Source: an uncultured Spartobacteria bacterium (lineage in GTDB: Bacteria; Verrucomicrobiota; Verrucomicrobiia; Chthoniobacterales; JAATET01). From it: a stretch of 64,000 nt of DNA. Below the pieces are notes generated by a model. That model did no database searches. It saw nothing but the letters and a program-made list of their open reading frames with translations, and was not told the DNA's origin. Location: positions 47,679 to 111,678 of the forward strand of contig CALGTD010000138.1 in NCBI GenBank assembly GCA_937901895.1, read 5' to 3'. Shown here piece by piece: positions 52,439 through 62,065 of the stretch (within the stretch, counting starts at the first letter, position 1; each line of letters opens with the position of its first letter). Made by a program: the position numbers and the translations under genes.

Positions 52439-53072
52439 GGCGGTTCCTCCGATACCACACGAGCCCGCCTGCGCCGAGCGCGAAAAGCACGAGCACCGAC
52501 GGCTCGGGAACCGCCGCGACCGGCTGGTCGGGCGGGGCGGAGTCGAAATCCGGAGCCCACGACCAGCCATCCCAGTCGTTGTTGGACAGCTGCCGGTCCT
52601 CCATTCCCGTCTCGGCAAACGCCCATTCGTCCGGAAAAGCGTTCGAGCCGTCGGCGACATAGTAGCCCCAGAATCCTGCCGCATCCGGCTCGAACCCGCC
52701 TTGCGCGTGCTCAAGATAGTTCCACTGAAAGACGGTTTCGCCGAATCCCGGGAAGGTCTGGATGAAGAGCGTCAGGGCCGGGTCGCCCGTGCCGTCCGGC
52801 GTGGCGGGCGTGGTATTCGTTCCGATGAAGCCCGCAATCGCGCGAAGCATGTCGGCGCCCGTGGCGGTGCCATTCCAGCGGAATCCCCAGGCATAGCTCT
52901 CGGTCGTGCCGCCGTCGTTCCAGTCGATGACAAGCGCGGCGCGGTTCGAGCCGGAACCGACCCAGTAGGTGATGTCGTCGAAGGATTGGACGGTCGTGGC
53001 GGCAAACGACGTTGCCGCGAGGGTGGCGGATACCGCGAGGGCGGTGATGGTGCGGAGAATGGAGATCTTCAT
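52431..53072 (-). CDS. PEP-CTERM sorting-domain protein
   Basis: Signal peptide (MKISILRTITALAVSATLAATSFA) and C-terminal VPEPSVLVLFALGAGGLVWYRRNR. Overlaps the downstream pseudopilin gene by 8 nt. Confidence 0.7.
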   Translation of the reverse strand: MKISILRTITALAVSATLAATSFAATTVQSFDDITYWVGSGSNRAALVIDWNDGGTTESYAWGFRWNGTATGADMLRAIAGFIGTNTTPATPDGTGDPALTLFIQTFPGFGETVFQWNYLEHAQGGFEPDAAGFWGYYVADGSNAFPDEWAFAETGMEDRQLSNNDWDGWSWAPDFDSAPPDQPVAAVPEPSVLVLFALGAGGLVWYRRNRHA

Positions 53073-53375
53073 TTTCTGTCCTTTCAGTGGCACGGGAATT
53101 GGGCTTTGCGAGAGCCAGCCTTTCTCCCGTTGCGAAAGGACTACCCCCGGCACAGACGCTTTCGCGGCGTCCCTGCCCATCTCAGGGCGGTGCGGTTTTC
53201 TCCTCCGGTTCGTGGTCGGACTTTGACCGTTGCGCGACAGTGGGGGACTTTCACCCCGCTTCCCTAGGCCGGAGGATTGGTTTGAAAAAATGGAAAGATC
53301 AGCCGCGGAGAAACTCCGCTGCCTTCGATCAAAGAAAAACGCGTTGCCGGCGTCAAGGCCGGGACGCCCTCCCGG

Positions 53376-53654
53376 TCAGGCGATCTCGTCCACGCGTTGC
53401 GCGACGTCAAAGTCCTTGGCGGTAAGACCGCCCTTCGAGTGCGTGGAGAAGCGAAGGGTGACCTTGTTCCAGCGGATGTCCACCTCCGGGTGGTGGTCGA
53501 AATCCTCCGCGATTTCCGTGATTTCATTCACGAACTCGACGGATTCCACGAAGTTCCCGAACTCGAACGTCCGCGCGATGGAATTGCCATCGAGCTTCCA
53601 CTGGGGGATGGACTTCAGCGACTGCTTGATCTCGGCATCGGTTAGGCTGGCCAT
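53376..53654 (-). CDS. pterin-4a-carbinolamine dehydratase
   Basis: 92-aa PCD/DCoH fold with the conserved EDFDHHPEVDIRWNKVTLRFSTH motif. Confidence 0.85.
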   Translation of the reverse strand: MASLTDAEIKQSLKSIPQWKLDGNSIARTFEFGNFVESVEFVNEITEIAEDFDHHPEVDIRWNKVTLRFSTHSKGGLTAKDFDVAQRVDEIA

Positions 53655-53696
53655 GATCGAAGCTAGCCCGGAAATCCCATCGGGCAAGCGACGGTG

Positions 53697-54440
53697 TTAC
53701 AGGCTCCGTGCCGCATCCACGATCGACCGCACCGCGGCGGTGTCGCAGATCGCGAGGCGGTATTCCCGCTCCGGCTCACCGCCGGACATGGAGACCTCCG
53801 GGTTGCGGAATCGCATGGCGCTTTCCGTCAGGCGCGTTGGGCCGCAGTGAAACTCGGCGATTCCCGTGGCGGCGCGGATGGCCGCGAGGTTGTGCGCACG
53901 AATCCCGCCACATGCAATCACCGCGATTCGTCCGGCAGCCAGTTCGTGGAGCTGCCGCAGGACGTCCGCTCCGGCTTCGGCGGACGGTTTCCCTCCGCTG
54001 GTCAGCACGCGCGAAACTCCGCATTGGACGAGGCTCTCGAGGGCCTCGAACGGGTCGCGCACCATGTCGAAAGCGCGGTGGAACGTCACCGGAGCAGGGG
54101 ATGCGGCCTCGACGAAGGCCCGGGTTCGTGTCTCGTCGACCTGGCCGTCGGGGGTGAGAAATCCACCGACGATGCCGTGCGCGCCCCCGGCGGCGAACCA
54201 TGCCGCGTCCGTGAGCATCGATGCAAATTCGTCGTCCGAATACAGAAAGTCCCCCCCGCGCGGACGGATCATCACATGGACGGGAACGGTGGCGATCCGG
54301 AGCGCTTCACGCACCGTGCCGGGGCTTGGGGTGATGCCGCCCTCGGCAAGCGCTGCGCAGAGCTCGATACGGCCGGCTCCGGCGGTTTGAGCGGCGCGCA
54401 GCCCCTCCAACCCCTCCACGCAGACCTCAACGAGCGGATG
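53697..54440 (-). CDS. cutC: copper homeostasis protein CutC family
   Basis: TIM-barrel CutC motifs (RIELCAALAEGGITPS ... VIACGGIRAHN). Confidence 0.8.
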   Translation of the reverse strand, partial: HPLVEVCVEGLEGLRAAQTAGAGRIELCAALAEGGITPSPGTVREALRIATVPVHVMIRPRGGDFLYSDDEFASMLTDAAWFAAGGAHGIVGGFLTPDGQVDETRTRAFVEAASPAPVTFHRAFDMVRDPFEALESLVQCGVSRVLTSGGKPSAEAGADVLRQLHELAAGRIAVIACGGIRAHNLAAIRAATGIAEFHCGPTRLTESAMRFRNPEVSMSGGEPEREYRLAICDTAAVRSIVDAARSL

Positions 54441-54545
54441 CATCGAAATCGTTTTGGCGGAATCGCGGGCCGCGTCCACTCGAAACCGTCATAGATGCCA
54501 GGGAATGCGTTCCCCCACTGGACGCGGAACCCCGTTCGTGATTGT

Positions 54546-56288
54546 ATGGGCGGTTCGATGAGTTCCGAAAGCCAAGGCGCAAAGCCGTTAGTTGCCAACG
54601 AGGCGATCAAGTCTCAGTCCAATTTCCTGCGTGGAGAGATCGCGAAGGACGTCGCCGACACGTCCACGGGCGGGATTTCCGAGAACAGCAACCAGCTTTG
54701 CAAGTTCCACGGACTCTACATGCAGGACGACCGCGACCTTCGCACGGAACTGAAGAAGGCCGGCAAGGAGAAGGCGTTCGCTTTCATGCTCCGCGTGCGC
54801 CTTCCCGGAGGCAAGGCGACCCCGCAGCAGTGGCTCGTGCTCGACAGCATTGCCGACGAGCTGGCGTCGCCGTCGCTCCGGCTTACCACGCGCCAGACGT
54901 TTCAGTTTCACGGGATCCTCAAGGGTAACGTGAAGCAGGTCATCCGGAGGATGCAGAGCGTGCTGCTGGATTCCATCGCCGCCTGCGGCGACGTGAACCG
55001 CAACGTGATGGCTCCGCCAAATCCCGAGCGTTCCCCCGTGCTCGAGCAGGTTTACCAGCACTCCCGTGCATGGAGCGAATATGCGCTCCCGAAGACGCGC
55101 GCGTATTACGAGGTCTGGCTCGACGAGGAACTCGTGGCCGGTGGCGAAGAGGAGCCGATGTATGGTCCGACCTACCTGCCCAGAAAGTTCAAAACCGGTT
55201 TTGCGATTCCGCCGCTGAACGACGTCGACATCTTCTCGCAGGATCTCGGCTACATCGCGATCGTCGAGAACGGCGAGCTCGTGGGATACAATGTCACCGT
55301 CGGCGGAGGCCAGGGAATGAACCATGGCAATGCCGCGACCTACCCGCGTCTAGCCGATGTGCTCGGCTTTATTCCGGCGGACAGGGTGAACGCCGTGGGT
55401 GAGGCCGTCCTTACGACGCAGCGCGACTATGGCGATCGCACGAACCGCCGCCATGCGCGCCTCAAATACACGATCGACGACCGAGGGGTGGAGTGGTTCA
55501 AGGGCGAGGTCGAGCGGCGCTCCGGCGTCACGTTCGAGCCCGCACGGCCCTTTGAGTTCACCACGATCGAAGATCCGCACGGATGGCACGAGTGCGCCGA
55601 TGGCACGTGGTTTTACGGCCTGCACATCCTGAGCGGGCGGATCAAGGACGTCCCCGGCTGGCCGATGAAGACGGCCCTTCGTGAGATCGCGGAGATTCAC
55701 ACCGGCGATTTCCGGCTTACGCCGTCGCAGAATCTGACGATTTCCGGGGTCACGCCCGAGCAGAAGCCGAAGATCGACGAGATCCTCGCCCGTCACGGAC
55801 TCTCCGCGGAAAACAACCGCTCGCGTCTGCGCCTGAATGCGCTTTCGTGCGTGGCGTTGCCCACCTGCGGCCTCGCGCTGGCAGAGAGTGAGCGCGCCCT
55901 GCCGGATCTCCTTTCGAAATTCGAAACCGTGCTCGAGGAGGCGGGACTCAAGGATGACGCGATCAGCCTGCGCATCACGGGCTGCCCGAATGGCTGCGCC
56001 CGCCCGTATCTGGCGGAGATCGGCTTCGTCGGCCGTGCGCCGGGCAAATATGCCCTTTTCCTCGGCGCGAAATACAACGGCACGCGCCTGAACCGGCTCG
56101 TCTCGCCGAGCATCACGCTGGATGACGGCGTGGAGCTGCTCAAGCCGATCATCAAGCGCTACGCGCTCGAGAGGAAGGAAGGCGAGGAATTCGGCGATTT
56201 CTGCGACCGGGTGATCCTTCCTGCCGATGCCACGCTCCACAGCGTGGGAACGGTGGAGTCCCCGGCGGAACCGGTTTCAGCGAATTGA
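54546..56288 (+). CDS. cysI: assimilatory sulfite reductase hemoprotein beta-component-like (NirA/CysI family)
   Basis: Two sulfite/nitrite-reductase ferredoxin-like half-domains and the siroheme-4Fe4S cysteine motifs CVALPTCGLA and TGCPNGCARP. Confidence 0.85.
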   Translation: MGGSMSSESQGAKPLVANEAIKSQSNFLRGEIAKDVADTSTGGISENSNQLCKFHGLYMQDDRDLRTELKKAGKEKAFAFMLRVRLPGGKATPQQWLVLDSIADELASPSLRLTTRQTFQFHGILKGNVKQVIRRMQSVLLDSIAACGDVNRNVMAPPNPERSPVLEQVYQHSRAWSEYALPKTRAYYEVWLDEELVAGGEEEPMYGPTYLPRKFKTGFAIPPLNDVDIFSQDLGYIAIVENGELVGYNVTVGGGQGMNHGNAATYPRLADVLGFIPADRVNAVGEAVLTTQRDYGDRTNRRHARLKYTIDDRGVEWFKGEVERRSGVTFEPARPFEFTTIEDPHGWHECADGTWFYGLHILSGRIKDVPGWPMKTALREIAEIHTGDFRLTPSQNLTISGVTPEQKPKIDEILARHGLSAENNRSRLRLNALSCVALPTCGLALAESERALPDLLSKFETVLEEAGLKDDAISLRITGCPNGCARPYLAEIGFVGRAPGKYALFLGAKYNGTRLNRLVSPSITLDDGVELLKPIIKRYALERKEGEEFGDFCDRVILPADATLHSVGTVESPAEPVSAN

Positions 56289-56360
56289 CGGGATCGGGAA
56301 AAACCGGGGAGTTTTGCTCGTGGACAACGGCAAAAATTTCCCGCAATTAGAGAAGCGAAG

Positions 56361-58064
56361 ATGACCACGACCGCCGCAGCGCCCAAAACGGAAGTTCCCA
56401 TGCTCAATGTCCAGGTGGACGGTGTGTGGAAGCAGTTTCCGAAGGGCACCCGGCTCATCGAAGCGTGCATGCAGAGCGGGCAGTTTGTCCCGCACTACTG
56501 CTACCATCCGAAGCTCAGCTCGCCGGGCAACTGCCGCATGTGCCTCGTGGAGCTTGGCATGCCGAAGATGACGCCGGACCGCAAGCCGGTGCTCGGAGAG
56601 GATGGCCGCCCGGAGATCGCATGGAGCCCGCGTCCGGCGATTTCCTGCGCCACCGAAGTCAGCGAGGGCATGGCGGTGCGCACCGCTTCGCCGCTCGTCG
56701 AGGAATGCCGCAAGGGCGTGATGGAGTTTCTCCTCATCAACCATCCGCTCGACTGTCCGATCTGCGACCAGGCGGGAGAGTGCCGGCTGCAGGAGTTTTC
56801 CGTGGAATACGGCAAGGGCGACTCCCGTTTCATCGAGGAAAAGGTCAAGAAGCCCAAGCGCGTCGACATCGGAAAGAACATCGTTCTCGACGACGAGCGC
56901 TGCATCATGTGCTCGCGTTGCATCCGGTTCATGAAGGAGATCGCGAACGACGATGTGCTCGGCTTCGTGAATCGCGGCAGCCACACGACGCTCACCGTCT
57001 ATCCCGGCAAGCGGCTGGACAACAATTACTCGCTGAACACCGCGGACATCTGCCCGGTGGGCGCGCTCACGAGCAAGGATTTCCGGTTCAAGATGCGCGT
57101 CTGGTTCCTCAAGGAAACCAAGTCGATCGACGTGAACTGCGGCAACGGCACGAACATCGTGATCGGATCCCGCGAGAACATCGTCTACCGGATCACTCCG
57201 CGGGAGAACGACTTCGTGAACTCCTGCTGGATGCCCGACAGCCATCGGCTGAACATCCATTATCTCCACGACGACCGCCGCTTGAAGGAGCCGGTTGTGA
57301 AGGGGGAGGATGCGCCGGCGAAATGGTCCGACGCCATCGCCGCCGCCGCCCGCCAGCTCAAGGCGCAGGAACCCTCGCGGATCGCGATGATCGCGAGCGG
57401 ACGGATGACAAACGAGGAGCTGTTTCTTGCGAAGCGCCTTGCCGCAGCCATCGGCGTCGAGCAATTCGACATCCTGCCGCGTCCGCAGGAAGGTGACGGA
57501 TTTCTCATTTCCGAGGATGGCAACCCGAACACGACCGGCGCGAAGTTGCTTGGCCTTACCAGTTCGCATCCCGGTGCGAAACTTCAGGAGATCGCGCGCG
57601 GAGTCGCAAGTGGCGCAATCAAGGCGCTCATCTGCCTCGGCGAAGATGCGACGAAGATCGGAATCATCGAGAGCGACCTGCAGAAGCTGGCCTCGCTGAT
57701 TGTGATGGACATTCTTCCGAACCGCACAACGCCGCATGCGACGGTTCTGTTGCCGGCCAGTGCCTTCGCGGAGAAACGCGGCACGATGATCAACCTCGGC
57801 GGCCGCATCCAGCGACTGAACCGCGCGGTCAGCGCACCGGGTCAGGCCCGGGACGATTGGGAGATTCTCCGCGACCTCATTCAGGCGGTCGGTGGAGCGA
57901 ACGGCGTGTATTCGATCGAGGAGGTGTTCAAGGCGATGGCCGCCGAAACGCCGGCGCTCGAAGGACTGTCGATCGCGAAGATTGGCGACCTAGGCGTGCA
58001 ACTCGAGATTCCCGAGGTCGCGACGCCGCGCGAGGTTCCGACACGCGTGACAGGCCGGAGCTGA
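56361..58064 (+). CDS. NuoG-like iron-sulfur protein (N-terminal 2Fe-2S plus 4Fe-4S, truncated molybdopterin-oxidoreductase domain)
   Basis: CYHPKLSSPGNCRMC (2Fe-2S), HPLDCPICDQAGEC and CIMCSRCIRF (4Fe-4S), then a molybdopterin-like domain. At 567 aa it is shorter than canonical NuoG. Confidence 0.8.
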   Translation: MTTTAAAPKTEVPMLNVQVDGVWKQFPKGTRLIEACMQSGQFVPHYCYHPKLSSPGNCRMCLVELGMPKMTPDRKPVLGEDGRPEIAWSPRPAISCATEVSEGMAVRTASPLVEECRKGVMEFLLINHPLDCPICDQAGECRLQEFSVEYGKGDSRFIEEKVKKPKRVDIGKNIVLDDERCIMCSRCIRFMKEIANDDVLGFVNRGSHTTLTVYPGKRLDNNYSLNTADICPVGALTSKDFRFKMRVWFLKETKSIDVNCGNGTNIVIGSRENIVYRITPRENDFVNSCWMPDSHRLNIHYLHDDRRLKEPVVKGEDAPAKWSDAIAAAARQLKAQEPSRIAMIASGRMTNEELFLAKRLAAAIGVEQFDILPRPQEGDGFLISEDGNPNTTGAKLLGLTSSHPGAKLQEIARGVASGAIKALICLGEDATKIGIIESDLQKLASLIVMDILPNRTTPHATVLLPASAFAEKRGTMINLGGRIQRLNRAVSAPGQARDDWEILRDLIQAVGGANGVYSIEEVFKAMAAETPALEGLSIAKIGDLGVQLEIPEVATPREVPTRVTGRS

Positions 58065-58102
58065 TCCGGTTCTCGTGATTTTCCGGACGAAAGTCCGGCG
58101 GG

Positions 58103-58933
58103 TCAGGCCGCCCTGCCGAGGGAGCGTCGGCGAACGCTCCCGGGAGTGACCGAGAAGACGTTCTTGAACGCCCGCGTGAAGTGACTCTGGTCCTGGAAAC
58201 CGACCATGTGACACACCTCGGCGACGGAAAGGCCTTCGCGCGTCCGGAGGAGCGTTTCCGCCTGCTTCAACCGGCGTGCGGTGACGTATCTCCACGGAGA
58301 GACCCCGGTCGAACTGCGAAACGCCCGCGCGAAGTGAAACCGGCTGCATCCTGCCGCGGCGGCCATGTCCTCCAGCGTGAAGTTTTCCACGAGGTGGTCG
58401 TCGATGAACGTCAGCGTGCGCCGCAGCGCCGACGGGGATAGCCGCTCCTTGCGGGTTTCCGACGACTGCCGTTCACCGTGTGAAAGGAGGCGGACCGCCA
58501 GCAACTGGGTCGCGCTGGTGGCAACCGATTCCGGGAGTTCCTGATCACGCGCCATGAGGTCGCGCACCATGCCGGTGATGTTCCGGATCGCTGGATCCGT
58601 GATTCTTTCCGCGCCGGACCGCGGAAGATTCGGGACGCCGAGGTTGCGCGAGGTGGCGTTGAGGACTGATTCGTCAAGCGATACGGCCAGCACTTCCGCG
58701 GGACCGATCCAGGTGACTTCGGCGGTGGCCCTGCGATCGGCCACCAGTGCCGCCCCGGGCGGCAGAATCGCCTGTTCCGTCCTCCGATTCGGACGACGGA
58801 TCTGCACGGCCATGCTGTCGGCTGCAAAGGAAACGCAGACCCGCAGGCCGGATGCGGGCGGCAGGGAAAAGCACCCGTCGCTGCCCGATGCAAAGGTGAA
58901 ATTCCCGGAGGTTCGCTGGGTGAGAGTCGTCAT
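58103..58933 (-). CDS. AraC-family transcriptional regulator
   Basis: C-terminal double HTH (LEDMAAAAGCSRFHFARAFRSSTGVSPWRYVTARRL...). Confidence 0.8.
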   Translation of the reverse strand: MTTLTQRTSGNFTFASGSDGCFSLPPASGLRVCVSFAADSMAVQIRRPNRRTEQAILPPGAALVADRRATAEVTWIGPAEVLAVSLDESVLNATSRNLGVPNLPRSGAERITDPAIRNITGMVRDLMARDQELPESVATSATQLLAVRLLSHGERQSSETRKERLSPSALRRTLTFIDDHLVENFTLEDMAAAAGCSRFHFARAFRSSTGVSPWRYVTARRLKQAETLLRTREGLSVAEVCHMVGFQDQSHFTRAFKNVFSVTPGSVRRRSLGRAA

Positions 58934-59117
58934 GGCAGGGGAATCAAGGGGGCGGACCAATCGGTCACTTTCAAAGTCGCGACATTTCGCCCTCAAACCC
59001 GCCAAAAATTTGTTTCCCGATCGAATATCGAAGAGAAAACAGAAGCGGAGGACTCCTTTGGGTCCCTCGAATTCCGGGAGGGGGACTCGCTTTCGCGCAG
59101 ACCCTCAGCGGACGAAA

Positions 59118-59630
59118 CTACAGGTTTCGGATCTCCCGATAGAGCCAGGCCCGGGCGTAGGCCCAGTGCCGCTCGACGGTCCGTTCACCGAGTCCCATGG
59201 CGTCGGCCACCTCGCGGTTCGACAGACCGCCAAAAAACTTGAGGATCACGACCTGGGCGCGAACGGGGTCCTCCTCCTCGAGGCGGGTCACCGCCTCGTG
59301 AATGAGGAGCATCTGGTCGTCCTCGGAGATATCGACCTCTCGCGCGGCCTCAATTGGCACGCGGGTGAGGTCTTTGCCGCGCTTTTGCCGGGCCTGGCGT
59401 CGCGCGCGATCGATCAGCACCCGTCGCATGGATTCCGCGACGGCGGCGAACATGTTCGAACTGGTCCTGCGCCACGCGTCCGAGCGTTCGCCGGAAAGAC
59501 GGATCCATGCTTCATGCACGAGCGCGGTTGGCTGCAGGGTGTTGTTGCCGCGTTCCATTGCCATGCGGGACGCGGCGAGCCTGCGCAACTGCGGGTAGAG
59601 TTCGGCGATCTGCGTCTCGGAATTCATCAT
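59118..59630 (-). CDS. ECF-type RNA polymerase sigma factor (sigma-70 family)
   Basis: Sigma region 2 and region 4 motifs (ILKFFGGLSNREVADAMGLGERTVERHW). Start overlaps the upstream kinase stop (ATGA). Confidence 0.8.
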   Translation of the reverse strand: MMNSETQIAELYPQLRRLAASRMAMERGNNTLQPTALVHEAWIRLSGERSDAWRRTSSNMFAAVAESMRRVLIDRARRQARQKRGKDLTRVPIEAAREVDISEDDQMLLIHEAVTRLEEEDPVRAQVVILKFFGGLSNREVADAMGLGERTVERHWAYARAWLYREIRNL

Positions 59631-61987
59631 CGTTTCACGACAGCTTCGGCATGGGGGGAGGGGAGATCGGCGACCCGCGGCAGCAGCAGCCTGGCCTCGG
59701 AAAAAAGGAGTCTTGCGATCACCCAGGTATACCACTCGCCGGCAAGGGATGGCTTGCTGTCGAAGGTGGTCTCGCGACCCTCCGCGATTTGTGAGCGAGC
59801 CTCCCGCAGTTCCCGTTCCGCGGCGGTCCGGTCCCCGAGTTGCAGGCAGGCGATCGCCTTGAGACAACGCGTGGCGGCGAGACGGGCGTCTCCGGATTTG
59901 TCGTTCGTGCTCGACGGATACGACAGGCACTTTTCCGCCCATTTCAGGCTCTCCTCCGGCTGGTCGAGTCTGTGGTAGTAGAGCGCCATTGCGAAGGCTT
60001 CCCAATCGGGATAGGGCCGGTTGGCGGGGTCGGGGAGACCATGCTCGCAGACGTGTGCGACATCCACGAGCCGCTCCATCACCCAGGGATCCGCCGGAGT
60101 GAGGAGGCAGGCCTGGAGGAGGTGTTCCGCCTGATGCGACGTGGTCGCCGGCAGGTAAAGCTCGAGCATTTCATGGCGAAAATCGTTGTAGGCCGGGATG
60201 TCACCGTGCGCCAGCAGGGCCGAGGAAATGGCGATGACTTCACATCCCTCCACGATGTCGGTGGGGGGATCGAGGCGGTTGGCCTGATTCAGCAACGTGT
60301 AATACTGAACCGCGCGCTCCCAGCGTTCGTAGAATGCATTCCAGTTTCCGAGCGCCCGGAACACCCCGGCAGCCTCGCGCGACGGTTCGATCGTCATCAG
60401 CGTATTCTGCTGGAGCAATGCGTCGGCCTCCTCGATCCGTCCTTCGCTCAAGAGCACCGCCGCCTGCGAGACGTTCGCCCGTGCCTGCGCCTGCTGGCGG
60501 AGTTTTGATTCCACCGATCGAGCGGTCTCGGCCTCGACACGGAGGCGGTTTTGCTCGGCGCGGGCTTCGCGCTCGCGCACATAGAGCCAGGTGGACACGC
60601 CCATTCCGGCGATCAGCGAAAGAGCGACGGCGGAGCCCAGCACGCAGACCGCGCGGTTGCGGCGGGTGAACTTTCCCAAAAGGTAAAGGCGTCCCGGCGG
60701 TCGTGCGAGCACCGGCTGATCTGCGAGAAAGCGGGCGAGATCCGCAGCGAGGGCGTTGACGGTTTGGTAGCGCTGGTTGCGATCCTTCGACATCGCCTTT
60801 GCTGCGATGCCGTCGAGGTCGCCGCGGAGGCGGGAGATCAACCGGTCCGGGTCCGTGCTCCGTGCCGTGGCCACGGCTTCGCGTTCGGTGGGGGGGAGCG
60901 CCGCGACCATGCGGGAAAGCAGAGGAGGGTCGTCCTCGAGAAGGATGCGGCGCATTTCCGAAATACCCGCGTGCGACAGGGCGTCGTTGTCGAACGGGGC
61001 GCGTCCTCCCAACAGTTCGTAAAGCAGCGCGCCGAGGCTGTAGACATCGGTGCGTGTGTCCACGTCGATGCCACTCATGTCGATCTGCTCCGGACTCATG
61101 TAGGGCGGGGTGCCGAGAAGCTGATCGGCAATGGTGCGGGGGCCGCGAAGCGCCGCATCGCGGCGGTCGGCCGCCTTGGCAATGCCGAAGTCGATGACCT
61201 TCGGCGAGGGTTCCGAATCCGTGCGGCCTACCAGCACGTTGGAGGGTTTGATGTCGCGATGGATCACCCCCTTCTGGTGGGCGTGCTGAATGGCGTGGCA
61301 GACCTGGATGAAGAGCCGGATGCGCGCCTCGATATCAAGCCGCTCGCGGTCGCAAAACGTCGTGATCCTCTCGCCGGTGACCCGTTCCATCACGAAGTAG
61401 GGCCGGCCAGTCGCGGTCGCGCCCGCATCGTAAACCCGCGCGATGTTGGGATGGTCCATCATCGCCAGCGCCTGCCGTTCCGCCTCGAACCGCGCGATCA
61501 CGCGCTCGGTATCCATTCCGAGACGGATGATCTTGAGCGCGACCGTCCGTCGCACGGGGCGTTCCTGTTCCGCCTCGTAAACAACGCCGCAGCCGCCCTC
61601 CCCGATGCGTGAGACAAGACGGTAGGAGCCGATCCATGTTCCGACCTCCTCGGTGGTCGGAGGTTCCGCGCCGGTGGCGTTCGCTGGAAGTTCCGCGAGG
61701 ATCTCGTCCGCGAGCGTGCTCCGCCGCTGGCTTGCCTCGAGGAAAAAGACGGCGGACTCGCCCGACACCTCGAGCAGCTCCGTCATTCGCGCCAGTCCCG
61801 CCGGGTCATCCCGGAAATAGCGTTCCAGGAACATGCGGCGCGCCTCGGGTTCCAGCATGAGCGCTGTTTCGAAGACCGCACCGTCGACATCCATCGACGC
61901 CGGCAGGGGAGACTCTGGAGGTGAAGCCATTGGGGGACAGGATTCGACGGGAGGGATGCCTACCCGTCGCGCCAAAAAGTAATTCAC
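59627..61987 (-). CDS. serine/threonine protein kinase with a transmembrane helix and C-terminal TPR-like repeats
   Basis: Hanks kinase motifs (GEGGCGVVYEA, HRDIKPSNVL, DFG, PPYMSPE), a transmembrane segment (AVCVLGSAVALSLIAGMGV), and a helical repeat C-terminus. Paired with the ECF sigma factor as is usual in the PVC group. The start is uncertain. Confidence 0.85.
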   Translation of the reverse strand: MNYFLARRVGIPPVESCPPMASPPESPLPASMDVDGAVFETALMLEPEARRMFLERYFRDDPAGLARMTELLEVSGESAVFFLEASQRRSTLADEILAELPANATGAEPPTTEEVGTWIGSYRLVSRIGEGGCGVVYEAEQERPVRRTVALKIIRLGMDTERVIARFEAERQALAMMDHPNIARVYDAGATATGRPYFVMERVTGERITTFCDRERLDIEARIRLFIQVCHAIQHAHQKGVIHRDIKPSNVLVGRTDSEPSPKVIDFGIAKAADRRDAALRGPRTIADQLLGTPPYMSPEQIDMSGIDVDTRTDVYSLGALLYELLGGRAPFDNDALSHAGISEMRRILLEDDPPLLSRMVAALPPTEREAVATARSTDPDRLISRLRGDLDGIAAKAMSKDRNQRYQTVNALAADLARFLADQPVLARPPGRLYLLGKFTRRNRAVCVLGSAVALSLIAGMGVSTWLYVREREARAEQNRLRVEAETARSVESKLRQQAQARANVSQAAVLLSEGRIEEADALLQQNTLMTIEPSREAAGVFRALGNWNAFYERWERAVQYYTLLNQANRLDPPTDIVEGCEVIAISSALLAHGDIPAYNDFRHEMLELYLPATTSHQAEHLLQACLLTPADPWVMERLVDVAHVCEHGLPDPANRPYPDWEAFAMALYYHRLDQPEESLKWAEKCLSYPSSTNDKSGDARLAATRCLKAIACLQLGDRTAAERELREARSQIAEGRETTFDSKPSLAGEWYTWVIARLLFSEARLLLPRVADLPSPHAEAVVKR

Positions 61988-62065
61988 CGCCGGAACATCT
62001 TCCAGTCCGGATACGAAGTTGCTCCAGGCAATGGGTCGGCCAGTGCCTGGGGCGTTGCGTGCGAT

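Noticed and set aside
53340-53376. Hairpin CCGGGAGGGCGTCCCGG downstream of the pterin dehydratase gene on the minus strand.
   Set aside because: The U-run on the transcribed strand lies about 20 nt from the stem, so the terminator assignment is too weak to report as a feature.
58080-58110. Perfect hairpin TCCGGAC-GAAA-GTCCGG immediately after the NuoG-like gene.
   Set aside because: No U-rich tract follows on either strand, so it is not called as an intrinsic terminator. It may be an RNA stability element.
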